Below, in pieces: positions 1-39,530 of a stretch of DNA of 64,000 nt. Both the position numbers and the translations under genes were made by a program. Under the pieces are notes generated by a model, which saw only the letters and a list, made by a program, of their open reading frames with translations, was not told where the DNA came from and did not search any database. Each line of letters begins with the position of its first letter. Positions within the stretch are counted from its first letter, which is position 1. The stretch is from Amoebidium appalachense (taxonomy: Eukaryota; Protista; Ichthyosporea), in NCBI GenBank assembly GCA_963693365.1, contig CAVNZM010000005.1:7758710-7822709 (forward strand), given 5' to 3'.

Positions 1-70
1 CGGTTATGGGGAGTCTGAGTAGGAATCTGCCAGTGGCAACTTGACTGCAACAAGCTGGTGTGGGAACCTC

Positions 71-841
71 TCATCCAAGAGGGGCACTCACGCCAAGATC
101 AACAGGTGAGCAACAAACAGCAGCACTACACTTCGGTTCTCCGAGAGAAGGGTAGCACACTTTCATGGTTGCATAGCATGGTTTGACGAGCTCGGTTGAG
201 TCTGCCCAAACAACCCAATCGGCACACGCAATTACAGAGTCATCCTCAACCACAGTTTCCATTCCCGTTGCAACTGCCTTTGCCTCTGCTGTGCCGGCAA
301 TCACGACATCAGCATTACACTGTATGTTCCCATCGCTCAGAAGGCTTAGCTTCTCGGCCGAAGTGCTGTCTCCGTTGGCACCCGTTGTCTTCTTGTTAAA
401 ACCCGACACCGTTGTGCAGTCGTCGACTTTGACGGGGACCCCGGCGGTAACAACCATTTCTGCTGGGGCGGTGGCCGTATCTTCAGCTGTTTCGGGCTCG
501 GTAGTAGGGTCTGAAGCTTCCATGGTTGCCTGTGTGGTGTCAGCAGCCGTGGTTGCAGCCTCTTCCGTCGTTGTAGCAGCTGCCTCGGTGGTGGTGGCTG
601 CAGCAACTTCTTCTGGCTGATCTTCCTCAAGTTCGAGCACGCAGCAAAGCTCCGCTGTGCACTTGTGAGTGCCGGCTTTGGTCCAGCACACCGCATCCAC
701 TGCAGGAGCCGTACCCTCCTCACAAACTATGAGCTTGGAATCAGCTGCTTCGGCACACGTGATTTTCATGTTGCTCACAGCAAACACAGCCTTGGCGGCC
801 AGAAGTGTTGTGGTGAAAAGAAGAACGGCAAAAGACTTCAT
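71..841 (-). CDS. Secreted cysteine-module protein with Thr/Ala/Glu-rich linker (256 aa, intronless)
   Basis: The ORF from ATG 841 begins with a signal peptide (MKSFAVLLFTTTLLAAKAVFA). Two similar 6-Cys modules (ITCAEAADSKLIVC..VCWTKAGTHKCTAELCC and IACADW..KPCYATMKVCYPSLGEPKCSAAVCC) flank a mucin-like AAATTTE linker. Stop TGA at 71-73. The upstream in-frame ATG at 988 adds non-protein-like sequence ahead of the signal peptide. Confidence 0.8.
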   Translation of the reverse strand: MKSFAVLLFTTTLLAAKAVFAVSNMKITCAEAADSKLIVCEEGTAPAVDAVCWTKAGTHKCTAELCCVLELEEDQPEEVAAATTTEAAATTTEEAATTAADTTQATMEASDPTTEPETAEDTATAPAEMVVTAGVPVKVDDCTTVSGFNKKTTGANGDSTSAEKLSLLSDGNIQCNADVVIAGTAEAKAVATGMETVVEDDSVIACADWVVWADSTELVKPCYATMKVCYPSLGEPKCSAAVCCSPVDLGVSAPLG

Positions 842-1008
842 GTTGTCGTTTTTGGAAGCAGAACGAGAAAAACGAAGAACATTGAGACTCCAGAGAATGT
901 AGTTCGCGTGACTACTGTAAAGATGCAAGAGGAAGGAGACTGAGGCAGAACTGGACCGACCATGTGACTTTTGTAGAATGTCGGACATGTGCGTTGCATG
1001 GACTTCAG

Positions 1009-1040
1009 TTGCGTAACATCGGCGCAGTCATCTGATTGGC
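1009..1040. promoter_or_regulatory. Putative proximal promoter motifs of the 841 gene (TTGCGTAA bZIP-type site, CCAAT box)
   Basis: TTGCGTAA at ~1009-1016 and CTGATTGG (CCAAT on the minus strand) at ~1032-1039, about 170-200 bp upstream of the ATG. Motif match only. Confidence 0.3.
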
Positions 1041-2346
1041 TGTCCTAAAACTTCCTTGGAGGGCGGTAAAAACATTTGAGTCCGGATTTTTGCATGCTGT
1101 ATAGAAAAGAATTTCGGCTAAGTAGAGCAGGCGATAAATTCATTCATTGGCATCTATTTTTGTTTATTAGCTTGTCGCATCCCTTACATTTTGTACACAT
1201 CCCATCACAAAAACTGTGTACACAAACGCAATGGCTGTCGAAAAACTTTCGAGCCAAAGAAAGCTCGTTTCCGGTATTTCGGGTTGGTTTCAAGTTTAGT
1301 TTTTGCCGAAAAAGATGTACAATGATGCGCATTCAACTAACCATATTAGCTATCGACGTGATTTACACCATATATGGCGATTTTGTTTGACTACAACAGT
1401 TAGATCTGTAGCCTGATTATTAGCAAATCAATTAGGGTCAATCACATTCCATTTAGCTGCTCCCGCTGTCCGGTGTGCAAATATCACGTGCTCTCCAGAC
1501 TTCGGACGACCTTTCAAACGCCAGCCATCTATCACGTGTTGCGTGTGGATTCACAATAGGATCATGAGAATTTTGCACGGGTGTTGTCTTGTAATCGACG
1601 TGGGTCACACGTCGCCAGACCAAACAGTCTGAAAAGGCCAGTGCACGTGGCCACCGTTGAGCTCAGCATGAATCGGCGAAAAAGTTCCGAGGTCACGTGT
1701 GCAGTGTGCTGACGCACAGGTGTGCACACGAGTGTCAATACGTGCACACGGCCAGGTTTTGTGTGAATGTGAGCAAAACTTGGAGAGTAGGAAATGCTTT
1801 CACGAACTGTTAGCGTTGTGTGTGTCAAGGTTTGCAAGTGAATGTGTCATGCAAGACTTGGAGAGTAGCTCTATGAGAAGCTTCAGAGTCACGTTGTGTA
1901 TGCGTCGACTATTACGACTCAATCGAAAGGTTTGCATATCGATATGCTATCGATATCATAGACTCTTTCTATGTTGTGGTGGCCATGATGCGCTTTGAAA
2001 GTCTGTGTTTGCTTGCTTGTGTGTGTGTTGCGTGTGTGTCGAACTGGCATGTCCTGGGTGCTCGGTGGGCGGGGGAAGAGGGGGGGGGGGGGGGAGGCTG
2101 CAGTCTCGTTTTCAAAAAGCCGGTTCAAAAAGCCGAGCGAGGCCTTGTGATCCACACATGCTCCAGCTGTGTCTTTCGTTCATAATCAGATTTTTGTACA
2201 TAAACATTCAATGATGCTATGACTTACAACGTAACAACTTTGCCAGATAATTATGAAAGCTCTCGCAAACCGAAGAATACAAAATAATCATGTCATTAGC
2301 TCTTGAAGAAAGCACCCCCCACCCACTTCACATTAAACGCTATTCC

Positions 2347-2815
2347 CTAGTGCCATGCCGCATTGAAAGCCTCGTTCTCACCACCCTCCATAATACGCGA
2401 GATGGGCAGTGCCTTTGGCCTGTTGTTCTTTGCCAGGTAGTCCGTGGCATAGCCCATTCCCTTTGCTCCCTCCTCCTTGCTTGCCCCCTTGCCCACCCAC
2501 ACAAACACCTCGTAGCCCGCATCCAGGATGAAAACGTCATTGGTGTCCAGGGCTGACTTGCTCACGTCAGCCACGGGATGGAACACCAAGCTTCCGCTTT
2601 CGTCGCTTAGACGGAAGAGCTTCTTCTCGTTGGTCGCTGGCTTATCCTCCACCTTGTCTGGGATGGTCGTGCGCCCACCAAGCGCAGTCCAGAATGCATC
2701 TGCATCTGAGCCTGTCTCGTTTTCGTCGAACACGTGCACCTCTGGAAGACCCCTGCATAGTTTGCAGATTAGGAAAATAAAGAAGGGGGAAGGGGAGAAG
2801 GGCGGTGGTGGAGGT

Positions 2816-2860
<45 letters not shown>

Positions 2861-2967
2861 TTAGGGGAGAAAGGAGGGACTGGCCATAGGGTGGGGGTCG
2901 GATGCTATGTGAAAGGAGGCAAACCGGAGAATAAGGCGTAATTGGGTCTACTTGAAGAAGGTTGTGT

Positions 2968-2998
<31 letters not shown>

Positions 2999-3461
2999 GG
3001 GGGGGGGGGAGAAGAGGGAGGGAGAGGGAGGGGAGGGGGCGGGGGGGGGGGGGGGGGGAGCAGAGCAGGTCAAGAGGGGAAGTGTAGGGGGCAAGGAGAG
3101 ATGTAATGTAAAACAGGAGGTAGTGTAGAATGGCTGACGTAAGAAGTTGGAGAAGCAACAGCTAAATAAAGAAGCAACAGTTAAAAGCCAGGCTTTAGAG
3201 GATGGTGGGGGCAGGAGGGGACCAAGAAATCAGCAGCTACCAGGATAGGGAAAATGAGAAGAAAACAGAACGAGGACATGAAGGGAAGCGGGTGAGACAG
3301 ATTGGGGTAAGGAGAAGGGAGAGAGGGGAAAAAAAGGTTGGCAGGACGGAAGAAGAGAGGGACAGGGTGGGTGGGTGGGTCACTGTGTGTGTGTAGTGGT
3401 GGTGGTGGTGGGGGGGGGGGAGGGGAAGGCTACCCCCAGGCTGTGGAGCCAAGGGGAGAGA

Positions 3462-3498
<37 letters not shown>

Positions 3499-3796
3499 GG
3501 GGGAGGGGGGGGGGGGAGGGGGAGGCGGGCCGAGGAGGGGGGAGGCGGGGGAGTGGGAGTAGAAAACAAAACATACTTGCGCTCATCATCAAGTGCGCGT
3601 GCCAACTGCGCGGCCTTCATTTTCTCCTTGCCGCTGGCGCCGCTTGGGGTGAACTGGTACAGGTGGATACCCTTGTCCAGAATGAACACGTCTCCCTTGT
3701 TTAGCGACTTGTTGCTCATCTCCACCTCCTCCACAACCACCGTTTTGGTTCCTGTGGCTTGAAAAAGTCCCCGTCGGCACCTTTGCTACATATCCA

Positions 3797-3842
<46 letters not shown>

Positions 3843-4892
3843 CCTGCTCCACACCCTCCGGCTTCCCGACGTGGTGTTTCCTTTCTCTTTCTCCCCTTGT
3901 TAACCCACATCCATCCCACTTCCCCCCCACCCCCCTCCCCGTCCCCCCCCAACCCTCCCCCCCCTGCCCCGGACCCCCCCCCCCCCCACACACACATACA
4001 CTTCCACTCCCCCCCCGCTCCCCCCTACCCCCTGCCCCTCCCCCACCATTCCCCCTGCTACTCAATTATTTTCCCTCCTTTCCCCTCCCATGTGACTACT
4101 CCCTGCCCTTTAACCCGTTCCAATGATAACCCCTACATCCACGCATAAGCATCCCCCCCCCCTCCCCCCCCCCAACCTTTCTCCCATCGAGAGGACAAGA
4201 CTTTTTGGCGTAGCAAGACCAACACAGATCCCAACCCTCACGAGTTCAAGCTCAATATACCTGTGCGGATGTGGAGCAGACGTGGCTGGTACTCCTCGGG
4301 CTTGACGTGGTTAAAGCCACTGGCTGCACCACCCTTCAGTATCTGGATGGTGGGGAAGTAGGACAGGAACAGCTGCGACTCGAACCCCTGCACCTCACGA
4401 TGCTGCACCGGTGCACCCCCAAGCAGGTCGTCAAGCTCCACCTGTGTGTGTAGGAACAGGGTGGGATGGGGTGGTGGTGGTGGTGGTGGTGGTGGTTTTG
4501 GGGGGGGAGGGGGGGGGGGGGGGGGGGGGAACAAGGAGAAAGCGGGAAGCGAGTTAGATGGTGACGTCAGTGCATATTATAAATGGGACACACACACACG
4601 ATATAATAACTAATACCTGGAATCGCCCTTCTCGGAAGGGTTGGGGACGGTGGGGAGACACACGAGCCCGCAGGGCTAGTTGTAAGATCTAGATGTTGGA
4701 TGTTACGAATCGTTGAGCTATTGGTAATATTGAGAAATAACAAAGCAGGGGGATAAGCAATAGGTGAATTTCGAAGTGGAAGGGATGGGGTGGGGTGGGG
4801 TGGGCGGTCGTGTGGGGGGTGGGTGGGTGGTGTTTAGGGGGGGGGGGGGGGGGGGGGGGTGACGTGGAGGGGGGGGGGGGGGGGGGGGGGGG

Positions 4893-4931
<39 letters not shown>

Positions 4932-5273
4932 CGTAGGTACCGTTTTGTATGCGGCAGCACCATACTCGTCCTGTGTGGAGTCGGTACCAATCCAGAAGTG
5001 CACATCGTACACCAGGGCATCATTGTTGGGGTCCTTCTTGTACGTGTTGAGCACAATGTACGAGTCGCCAGAGAAGAAGTGGCCGTACTGGTCCTTGGGC
5101 CAGGGCTTCACGTTGAACTGCTCCATGCGCCAGATCTCGAGCCCCACCTTCTGCCCTGCATTGTCCCAGCTCCGCTCGTGGTTGGCTGCTGCGATCCTGA
5201 CTTTCTTCTCGAACTCGCTACCCAGAAGGGCGATGTTGGAGTTTTCAATGTCGAACTTGGGTGCCTTAATCAT
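2347..5273 (-). CDS. Severin/fragmin-like three-domain gelsolin-family actin-severing protein (364 aa, 4 exons)
   Basis: Exons 4941-5273, 4261-4441, 3577-3751 and 2347-2752 are all GT-AG with consistent phases (1095 nt). Gelsolin motifs: [100 protein letters not shown]. Confidence 0.95.
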
Positions 5274-6716
5274 TTTCGATAGTGTCTGTAAGCGAGTTGA
5301 GAGGCGAGATTATTACAGAGGCAGGTGGTGTGAACGTAAGAGGAAAGGTGCTTGTTTTTGTACCTTCCAGGGTTTTTTGCACAGGTTGACAACAGAGCGC
5401 TGACTATATCACAACAACAGATGATATGCACCCAATAGTTGATTTGTTTCTGAATGCTCCCCTTCTGATTTGTAGAATATTGGGTCTTGCACCAATGAAA
5501 TGTATCTTTGCAGGGGCTCTCATGTCGCAGCCATATTTGGCTATAAAGCTCTAAGCCAATACAAAGAGAGCAAAGTTTTCAAAAAAGTTGTCTCCCAACA
5601 CCATTCTTGGATAAAGATCACGATTTCACTTCAAGTAAACAAAATACACAACTGCATATATGCACAATATCCAGACACTATAGCATAACAGAAAACTATT
5701 ACAAAAGCCACTAAATTTATGCTATACGTGTGAATTTGCTTTATTCAAAAAAATCTTTTGACAACAAAAGCTCTACACACAGACTGAACTATCGACTATC
5801 GACTCATTGAGTCGCAAAAGTGGCAGTTTTAGTTCGTTTTGCAGCCCCACACCAGATTCCATTGCAGTATAGGATGACGTAGTAGGTGCGCCGTGCTCGT
5901 GCCCGTGTCATTCCGTGTGTTTACCCGTTGCTAAGCGAAGCATAGAGAGCGAACTCGTGTTGCGTTAACGTTGCGCCCGAGTCCAACAGCCGGAAACGGA
6001 CACGAGAAAGATAGATAGTCGACACTGAGGCCACAGAAAAATACGGGTGTCTGAAAATACACTCCTAACTCAGCTGCGAAGTCAATCGCAGGTCAGCCCG
6101 GAATTGCTATGGCGTTTTTTCCTCACCCATGGCGCATGGGCACATGGGAACATCGGATCCCACGAGCTTTAGAAGCTGTGCCGAACTGATGCCCAGCTAT
6201 GCAACACCTACCTACAAAGCTGTTGTACAGGTGAATAATAAAGAGACGGTCATGTGTGATTTTGATGGACGATGCGAATGATTTCTTGGCATAACATGGA
6301 ATGTACTGCGCTATATGGTTGAGGTAACACATGGTCTCGATGCATGTTCCAAAACAGGATCTGCCTTGACATGTGCAAGGCATCCCCAAGGGGGAAAGGG
6401 GCAAGAAAGAGGCTCCTTTTTATAGAATCATATGCCTATTTGAGGGTTTGACAGGAGGGTGTTGTAGTACAATTGGGCTGCAGTTTTTGTTTGGGCCGTT
6501 CCACCAAAAATTCTGCATCCTGTTGTCGGTCAGTCTGAACGGCAGGTATTTTCAGTTACTGTATTTGGTGGTTGGTACCCAGGCAAATCGAATATCACCG
6601 TGAAGGTGGTAATGGTTTTTTTGGGAGGAAGATGGTGGCGACTCACACTAGGAAGGGTTGAGGGTGCTTTTTGAAGGGTGTGTTGGGTTTGTGTGTGTGT
6701 GTACACGTGTGTATGG

Positions 6717-6917
<201 letters not shown>

Positions 6918-7254
6918 TGTGTCTCTGCACTAAGGGGAGGGGAGGAGGGGGGGGGGGGGGGGGGGAAGGAAGGGGAGTAACTAGTTGCACATGTTGGATT
7001 TTGTTTAAAACTTGCACAACAAATAATGCAACTTGAGCAGCGCTCACTCTTTGCTGTCATTGTTGTTGGGGGAGAGGTGGAGGGGGGAGAAGGAGAGGGA
7101 GGGGAGAATTATACAAATTTTGCAACGTTGATTTTGGCAACTACGGCCATTCGCTCGGGTATCATTTGGTCGATTTACTGTGGCGGCCTGCACTGCAGGG
7201 CTGCGGCTATTTATAGTAAACAGCGCACGGCACATTCTAAGACTTCACTAGTGA

Positions 7255-7285
<31 letters not shown>

Positions 7286-7902
7286 AAAGAAAAAAAAAAA
7301 AGGGCTCTCACCCACGCACATCTCAACCCTCTATAACAAACTCATTGCTAAGACTAGACACAGCTGTGCTTCCTGAACTACATTATGCTATTTATTAGGT
7401 AAAACCTCCAAATGGATAGGTCCTAAAGTCTCCTGACTATCTGCCATCATACATTCGCTACGATTGTTGCAAATCTGCAACAGTAAAATAACTAAACTAG
7501 ACTTAAGCTGGGCTGGATGGGGTGAATGCCACCCTATTTCGCGTATTGTGTTTAAATGCTCACTGATACGGCATGAAGCCGTAGTACTAGGAACCCACTA
7601 AATTTATATGGAAACTTGAAAATACGACCATAATGGATCGAGAACTCATACTATCGGCAACTTGAAGATGCAAAATGACATAATTAATACGGATGGGAGA
7701 AAGGGAGACTGGTGATGTCCATTATTTCACACTCTTTCGCACCACTACCGTGACCTGTGACAAAAAAACCAACAACGTCCAATAAAACAGGCATGGTTTC
7801 CAAAACGGTTATTCAAATTCCATCAGGTCTACGTTTTGCAATCTCAACATATGCGCATTACAACCTATAATCGCGGTTTTCCATTGGACCGCATTAAATC
7901 TT

Positions 7903-17463
<9,561 letters not shown>

Positions 17464-19605
17464 GGTTCCACTACTTTGCCTCATTTTGTGACCAGTTTTA
17501 TCTGCGTGTTGGTAACTGGAAAAGAAAGAGAAAACCCTCCGTTAGGCTCACGCTGGGTGGATGGTGGAGAGGGGTAAAGCAGCAACTTAATGAATTGAAA
17601 ACATTAAGCACAATGAGTTTCCTAAGAAAAATGTGACAACTATACAGGTACTTCTCTTGGGGTGCCTTTACAGAATGTTTCCTGTTGATGCGAATAAATA
17701 TGATAGGTGTTTTTCAGAGCTGCAATTGAGCCAAGTATTGTCCGAATATCCCTGCGTGGTATGGCAGTTGGGCCGAGGCGTCTGCTGTCACTCGAATGTA
17801 GCAGCAAGGAAGTTTCGACAGGCCTACACCTTACAGGTTATAATTATGGTTGTGGTTTGAGCTTTAACAGGGTCAGAGAGCTGCCTGGCTGAATGATGAT
17901 AATCCCTGTTCACAAAAGCGGATGGCCTGTAGCCAATACCCGAGCGTTCAAGCATGTGCGTGTGTGCCGGTGCTACTTACGCTGCTGTGATTAGACTGAT
18001 TGAATTCTGTTTCCCACGTCGTCGTGTTAATTCTCTTCTCCAGACAGCCGTTGTCTGTTTTTCTCGCTGTTATTAGCTACAGTGGAATAGAGAGACAACT
18101 CAATGCTATTTGTTGTTTCAACGCTCGCGGCATGCGCACGACCGAGTGTGGTAAGGGCCTGTGTGTGTGTGTTGTCATTTCACTGTCTGCAACTGAAAGC
18201 CTGGTGTGCTGGATCAGCCCAACCGCCGGTGGCTATTGGCTCGCGTGCAATTGCGATAGATAGCTATGATTGGATGATCCGGCACCATGTAAGCGAAGCA
18301 AAGTGAGCCATCTGTGTTTTGGGGCAGACGTCACAATAATAGGTATGCAGGGATGGCAAATACCATGAAGGCTCGCGTTGGCTGAAACTTCTGTTGCATA
18401 AGTAATGACGATTTTTATTGAATATTTCATATATCATAGTATGCCATGGTTGGCTTTATTCAAAAATCAGCACACCAATGGCTTTCAGGCCCCTCCCGGG
18501 TCCAGGCATGCATATGGATCCCGTAAATATACCCGCGGCCGGCCCGCTCATGCGTAGTTTGACGAGGAAAGCCCGGACCTCCACGAGAGCTTTCTTTCCC
18601 AAATGTTTAGGCAACGTCAGCTATAAGTAGGTAATATGGTCAAGAATACATCGCTATATTGCAAAGCTCGCTGAGTGTAATGAAGCATGCACATAACGTT
18701 AAGTCGACGTGTGGGAAGCATCAGTGCGTTGTGGCCGCTGGCTGTGACATGCAAGTCTTTACCACCCTTTTATTCTTTATCCAATCAGCGAGGTCCAGAC
18801 CTGCTAAGAATTCCGCACCGAATTGCTTTTGGTGCTCCCTGGACCAATCCTGTTGGTTCTATTTTTAGCGCGTGCATAGCTGATTTGCCAGCCAGTCCAA
18901 AATAGAATGAATAGATTCAAGGCGCATGGTAGGGGGTCAGTTCGCCTGTGCCACCTGCCAGAACAAAGCGGTTTCGAATTTAGCACGCCTGCACCAGGCG
19001 TGCGTGGGGAACCCCCCGACGGCAGTTGAATCCGGCTTGAGTCGACGCACTCAGAAAGCTTTGTGGTCCTGTCCTAATAATAGTAAATTAGTCCGACTCG
19101 CGATCGGGCGGCCTCCGCGGGGCCGGCGGCGGGGAGAGGGAGGGGAGGCAGAGCATATCCGTACTTCCATCTATTACTGCGCCTGAGTATGTATTGTCTT
19201 ATTATTATGATGCACAACCATCAATGATTTTAGAATACATCCTGCAGGCACCACGGCGCCCCGTGTGACGTGGCACACACATATGTGCATGCGGGCATAT
19301 GGAGTGACACGGGGTTGCCTTGAATATCAAAGTGCCTGATCTCCTGGTCCTTGTGCGTGCGCACGACGTGGTGTAGGTGCTCAGTAAAGTCAAATTCAAA
19401 GTACCGCATGGGTCGGGGATAGGTGCACGCTTTCCAGACTCTACTGAAAAAACTCTCCCAATAGGCAATGTGCCAAAAAAAAAAAAATCATGTCCCGTCA
19501 GTCACCCTGTGCCCGATCCCCCTATCGGTGCATGGATCCGGTGGAAAAACTTTGGCATGCGCAGCCAGGCACATGCCCGTGTGTGATTATCTATAGATCT
19601 GTAAG

Positions 19606-19640
<35 letters not shown>

Positions 19641-19772
19641 AGGATCACCATTTGTTTATGATAATAAAGGTTCAAGACATCCGATCCCCCCTCCCCTCCT
19701 CTCCGGATCCCCCCTGCTCCTCCCCCCTCCAACCCTCCCCCCCCCTGCCCCCAATCCCTTGATCATTGCCCC

Positions 19773-19805
<33 letters not shown>

Positions 19806-20378
19806 ATTCCCTGTCTTTTGATTTCTGCCCCTTGCCCCCCCCCTCCCCCCCCCCCATGCCCCGGTGCCTGCTGGTATTAGTGCCTGGTGAAGGCCGCTAC
19901 ATTCCCCTCCCCCCCCCCTCCCCCCCTCCCCCCCTTCCCCTCTCCCCCCCTCCCCTCCCCCCCCCTCCCCCCTCGAAATCAAAAAAAATAAAAAAAGGGG
20001 GGGGGGGGGGGGGAGGGATAGGCACACACGATCATCACCACCATACACGCATGCACAGAACTTACCAGTTTCTAAATCTTTTTAAGTTTTCATAGGATGG
20101 GCTGGCGTATTAATAGTCAACTCAGGACACAGCAACCAGTGCTGGCTGTACTGTGCGCATGATTCGACTGGAACATGACTGAAGGTGACACAGTCATTGG
20201 TGGGCTTTAATTATGTATAGGTGGCCATTCAAACTAACCAACTAACTGCAAGGGGGCATGGCATACATATGCCTAATCATAAAAACAGGTAATGCCTCAG
20301 TGACACAATTTCATGCCTTCCCCCCCCCTCCCCCCCTCCTCGTGTAAGTGGCCGAGTGATCATGAGAAACGAGGTGTA

Positions 20379-20443
<65 letters not shown>

Positions 20444-20790
20444 GGGGATGGGCAGGGCGGGAGGGGGGGGGGGGGGGGGGGGGAGGGGGCTAGTGGCGGG
20501 CCAAGATTGCCCCCTTACTCAGTAGTAAGTACACACTAAGGACAATCCCTAAATGATCATACGGCTACTATATGCATACTCGATGGTGGCTGGCACACAA
20601 ATCATTACACTAGATTCCAAATGATGAGAGAAATCAACACCAAGACACGGGACAACAGAATGTGAAATGGCATATCACATGATAGGCATGTTAAGTCCTA
20701 GTATGGCTTCGGTAATCGTTTTTGTTATTTGGCCTGAGATGGTTGTGATTGTGTTTGAGCGTGAGGTGTAAGGTGTATCAGGCGAGGCTT

Positions 20791-20842
<52 letters not shown>

Positions 20843-20887
20843 TTTGTGTGTGTGTGTCTGTGTGTGTTTCTGTGTGTGTGTGTGTGT

Positions 20888-20918
<31 letters not shown>

Positions 20919-21119
20919 CCTGCGTGTGCGTACTTGCCCAAAGTGACTGCATGAATGGCCAGTTCGTGTGTGCTACACTCCCTCTGAGTCACTGGCAATG
21001 GCAAATAAAAAAATAAAAAAATAAAATAATAAATAAATTAAAAAAAGGCTCAACATATTGATGAGACATACTTACAACGTTACGAATCAAACCCCAATAT
21101 TCATGGACCCCCCTATATT

Positions 21120-37401
<16,282 letters not shown>

Positions 37402-37809
37402 TTTTTGATTGCTTCTTCTCAAAGAAAAAAATCTGCCTGTCGCTTGTAAAGCTGGCGTTCATCAAAATAAATACAATTCAAAGAGCAAAGGGTAAGCAGT
37501 TTCTATTTTCCAGACGTATCATTACCATAACCACATGCGGATCACGACAGCACCTGACAGCACCTGCTGCTACAGTACTGAGGCCTCTTATGCCGCTGGC
37601 ATGTGTACTGTGAACCTGTGCATAAAAACGCAGTACATGTGCCTCTACGTGCGCGCGTGTCGTACGTTTGCCTGCCTTTTTGTGTGTGGCTGTGTAGGAC
37701 TGAACGAGTGTGCAAGTCCAAAGGAAACACAAACTCAAAGTTTGCGACAATAAACGTGTGCGGGCTCCACCAACCACGTCTGATTCAAATCTCCAAAAAA
37801 ACGCAGCAT

Positions 37810-37890
37810 GAAGCCAATCAAAAATTGAGCACTTGTTTGATTGGCTTCAAAGTGGTGCAGATTCAACCAATCAATACGGTTAATGACGTC
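37810..37890. promoter_or_regulatory. Putative promoter cluster: three CCAAT boxes plus CRE palindrome TGACGTCA
   Basis: GCCAATCA (~37813), GATTGG (~37839), ACCAATCA (~37867) and TGACGTCA (~37884), about 410-490 bp upstream of the paralogue B ATG. Motif match only. Confidence 0.4.
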
Positions 37891-37929
37891 ACGCGGCTCA
37901 CCCGCAGTCCCGCACTAGGGCCTTATGAA

Positions 37930-38152
37930 AATATCCTGTTTTTCGCCCTGAGTATCAACCTGGATATATCACGAAAATATCGCAAAGGCCCCAGATTATC
38001 CCGCGGAATGCCCTGAGTATCATCTCAACATAACCCGAAAACATCCCTGAATATCAAAAGATATACCAAAAGTATCCTATTTGTGCCCTGATTATCAGGC
38101 CCAAGTATCCAGTCCAGACAACTTACTGACTAAGCTTATCACCCGAATATCT
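37930..38152 (+). repeat. Cluster of CC(T/A)GANTATC motifs (block 1)
   Basis: About six copies, e.g. CCCTGAGTATC at 37946 and 38011, CCCTGAATATC at 38045, CCCTGATTATC at 38086. Confidence 0.6.
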
Positions 38153-38176
38153 AAGGCGAATACACGTGTGCGCACG

Positions 38177-38541
<365 letters not shown>

Positions 38542-39369
38542 GCACTTGAGTGTGGTAACTAAAGGAGAAGGGGGGGGGGGGGGGGGGGGGGAGGGTGACG
38601 GGAGTCACCAAGGCTTGTACTAGTGTAATGGAATAAAGGGCACTGCTTAAGCCAAAGGTTTGATGCTTGAGCTCTCTGCATGCACGCCTGATGACAACAT
38701 CAAAAATCTTTTCTATTGGGCCGTGGCCCACAAGCACCAGCCTGTTCACGTTCACTCCATATTTAACAGCCAGAATAGTTAACTAACACTGCAACCGACA
38801 TCACAGACACAGTCCACTACATTAATGATTTAGAAACCCGAAAACAAACGTTTTGAAGTGTCCTGGCCGGACTTGCTGGGTTACTTCAGGAACAACGACA
38901 GTTTCAGGCACAACACTGGTGTCCATCTGCATGTTGGACTCGACGGGGGCACTCTCGCAAGTGCCGATAGTGGCCGCCATAGAGAAGGCGGCGGCAGACA
39001 TGACTGCGCGTGGTTAAGAACGCTTGGTTTCACAAAAAGTAAACGTGTCTGAAGTGGGAGAACTGACCGAGAAAGCCCAAAAACCACTCTTTATACCGAT
39101 GAAAAGAAGTTGCACATGCATATGTCAACTGTCAAAACCGCCTGTCTAGGGCGGGAACTTGAGTGATTGGTAGTTTCCAGGCGTATGTGGCGGGAGCTTG
39201 GCACATCGGTTCGATGTGAAATCCAACTGCCCAAATATGGCTATTGTAACATTCATTACTTCTTTTGGCTTGTTTACCTCTTGCTTGATTGGCAGCCTTT
39301 GGCGGCAAAACTCCCTAGTGGAAACCCCACAACACATATAGATAACCCCTATAATACCCCCTAGGTGGA

Positions 39370-39530
39370 CGTGATATATCCCTCCTCTGAGCGCAGGATA
39401 TATCACCTCTTCAGAGATCCATTTTGATATATCAATTTTTGCACCCCCCCAGAATATCACCGGATAGATCTCGGGGGTGCCCTGATTATCACCAGATTTA
39501 TCTGGTATCCTGAATATCACCTAGATACAC
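39370..39530 (+). repeat. Cluster of CC(T/A)GANTATC / GATATATC motifs (block 2)
   Basis: Same motif and orientation as block 1. The 15-mer GTGCCCTGATTATCA is shared (38083-38097 and 39477-39491). Confidence 0.55.

Noticed and set aside
183-620. 145-aa plus-strand Ser/Val/Ala ORF
   Set aside because: It is the antisense shadow of the Thr/Ala/Glu-rich minus-strand gene.
842-988. 49-codon N-terminal extension of the first gene
   Set aside because: It would bury a clean signal peptide, and the ATG at 841 has good context (ACAAC-ATG).
6420-6600. Minus-strand peptide ..MQNFWWNGPNKNCSPIVLQH.., vaguely like the lyase C-terminus (possible third paralogue remnant)
   Set aside because: The similarity is too weak, there is an in-frame stop upstream, and I found no matching splice sites.
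17900-21000. Short ORFs and GC-rich patches between the two paralogues
   Set aside because: I recognised no domain, splice chain or terminal repeats, so the region is treated as intergenic.
38822-39002. 59-aa minus-strand ORF MSAAAFSMAATIGTCESAPVESNMQMD...
   Set aside because: It has no recognisable motif or supporting exon chain. It could be a decayed element, but this cannot be supported.
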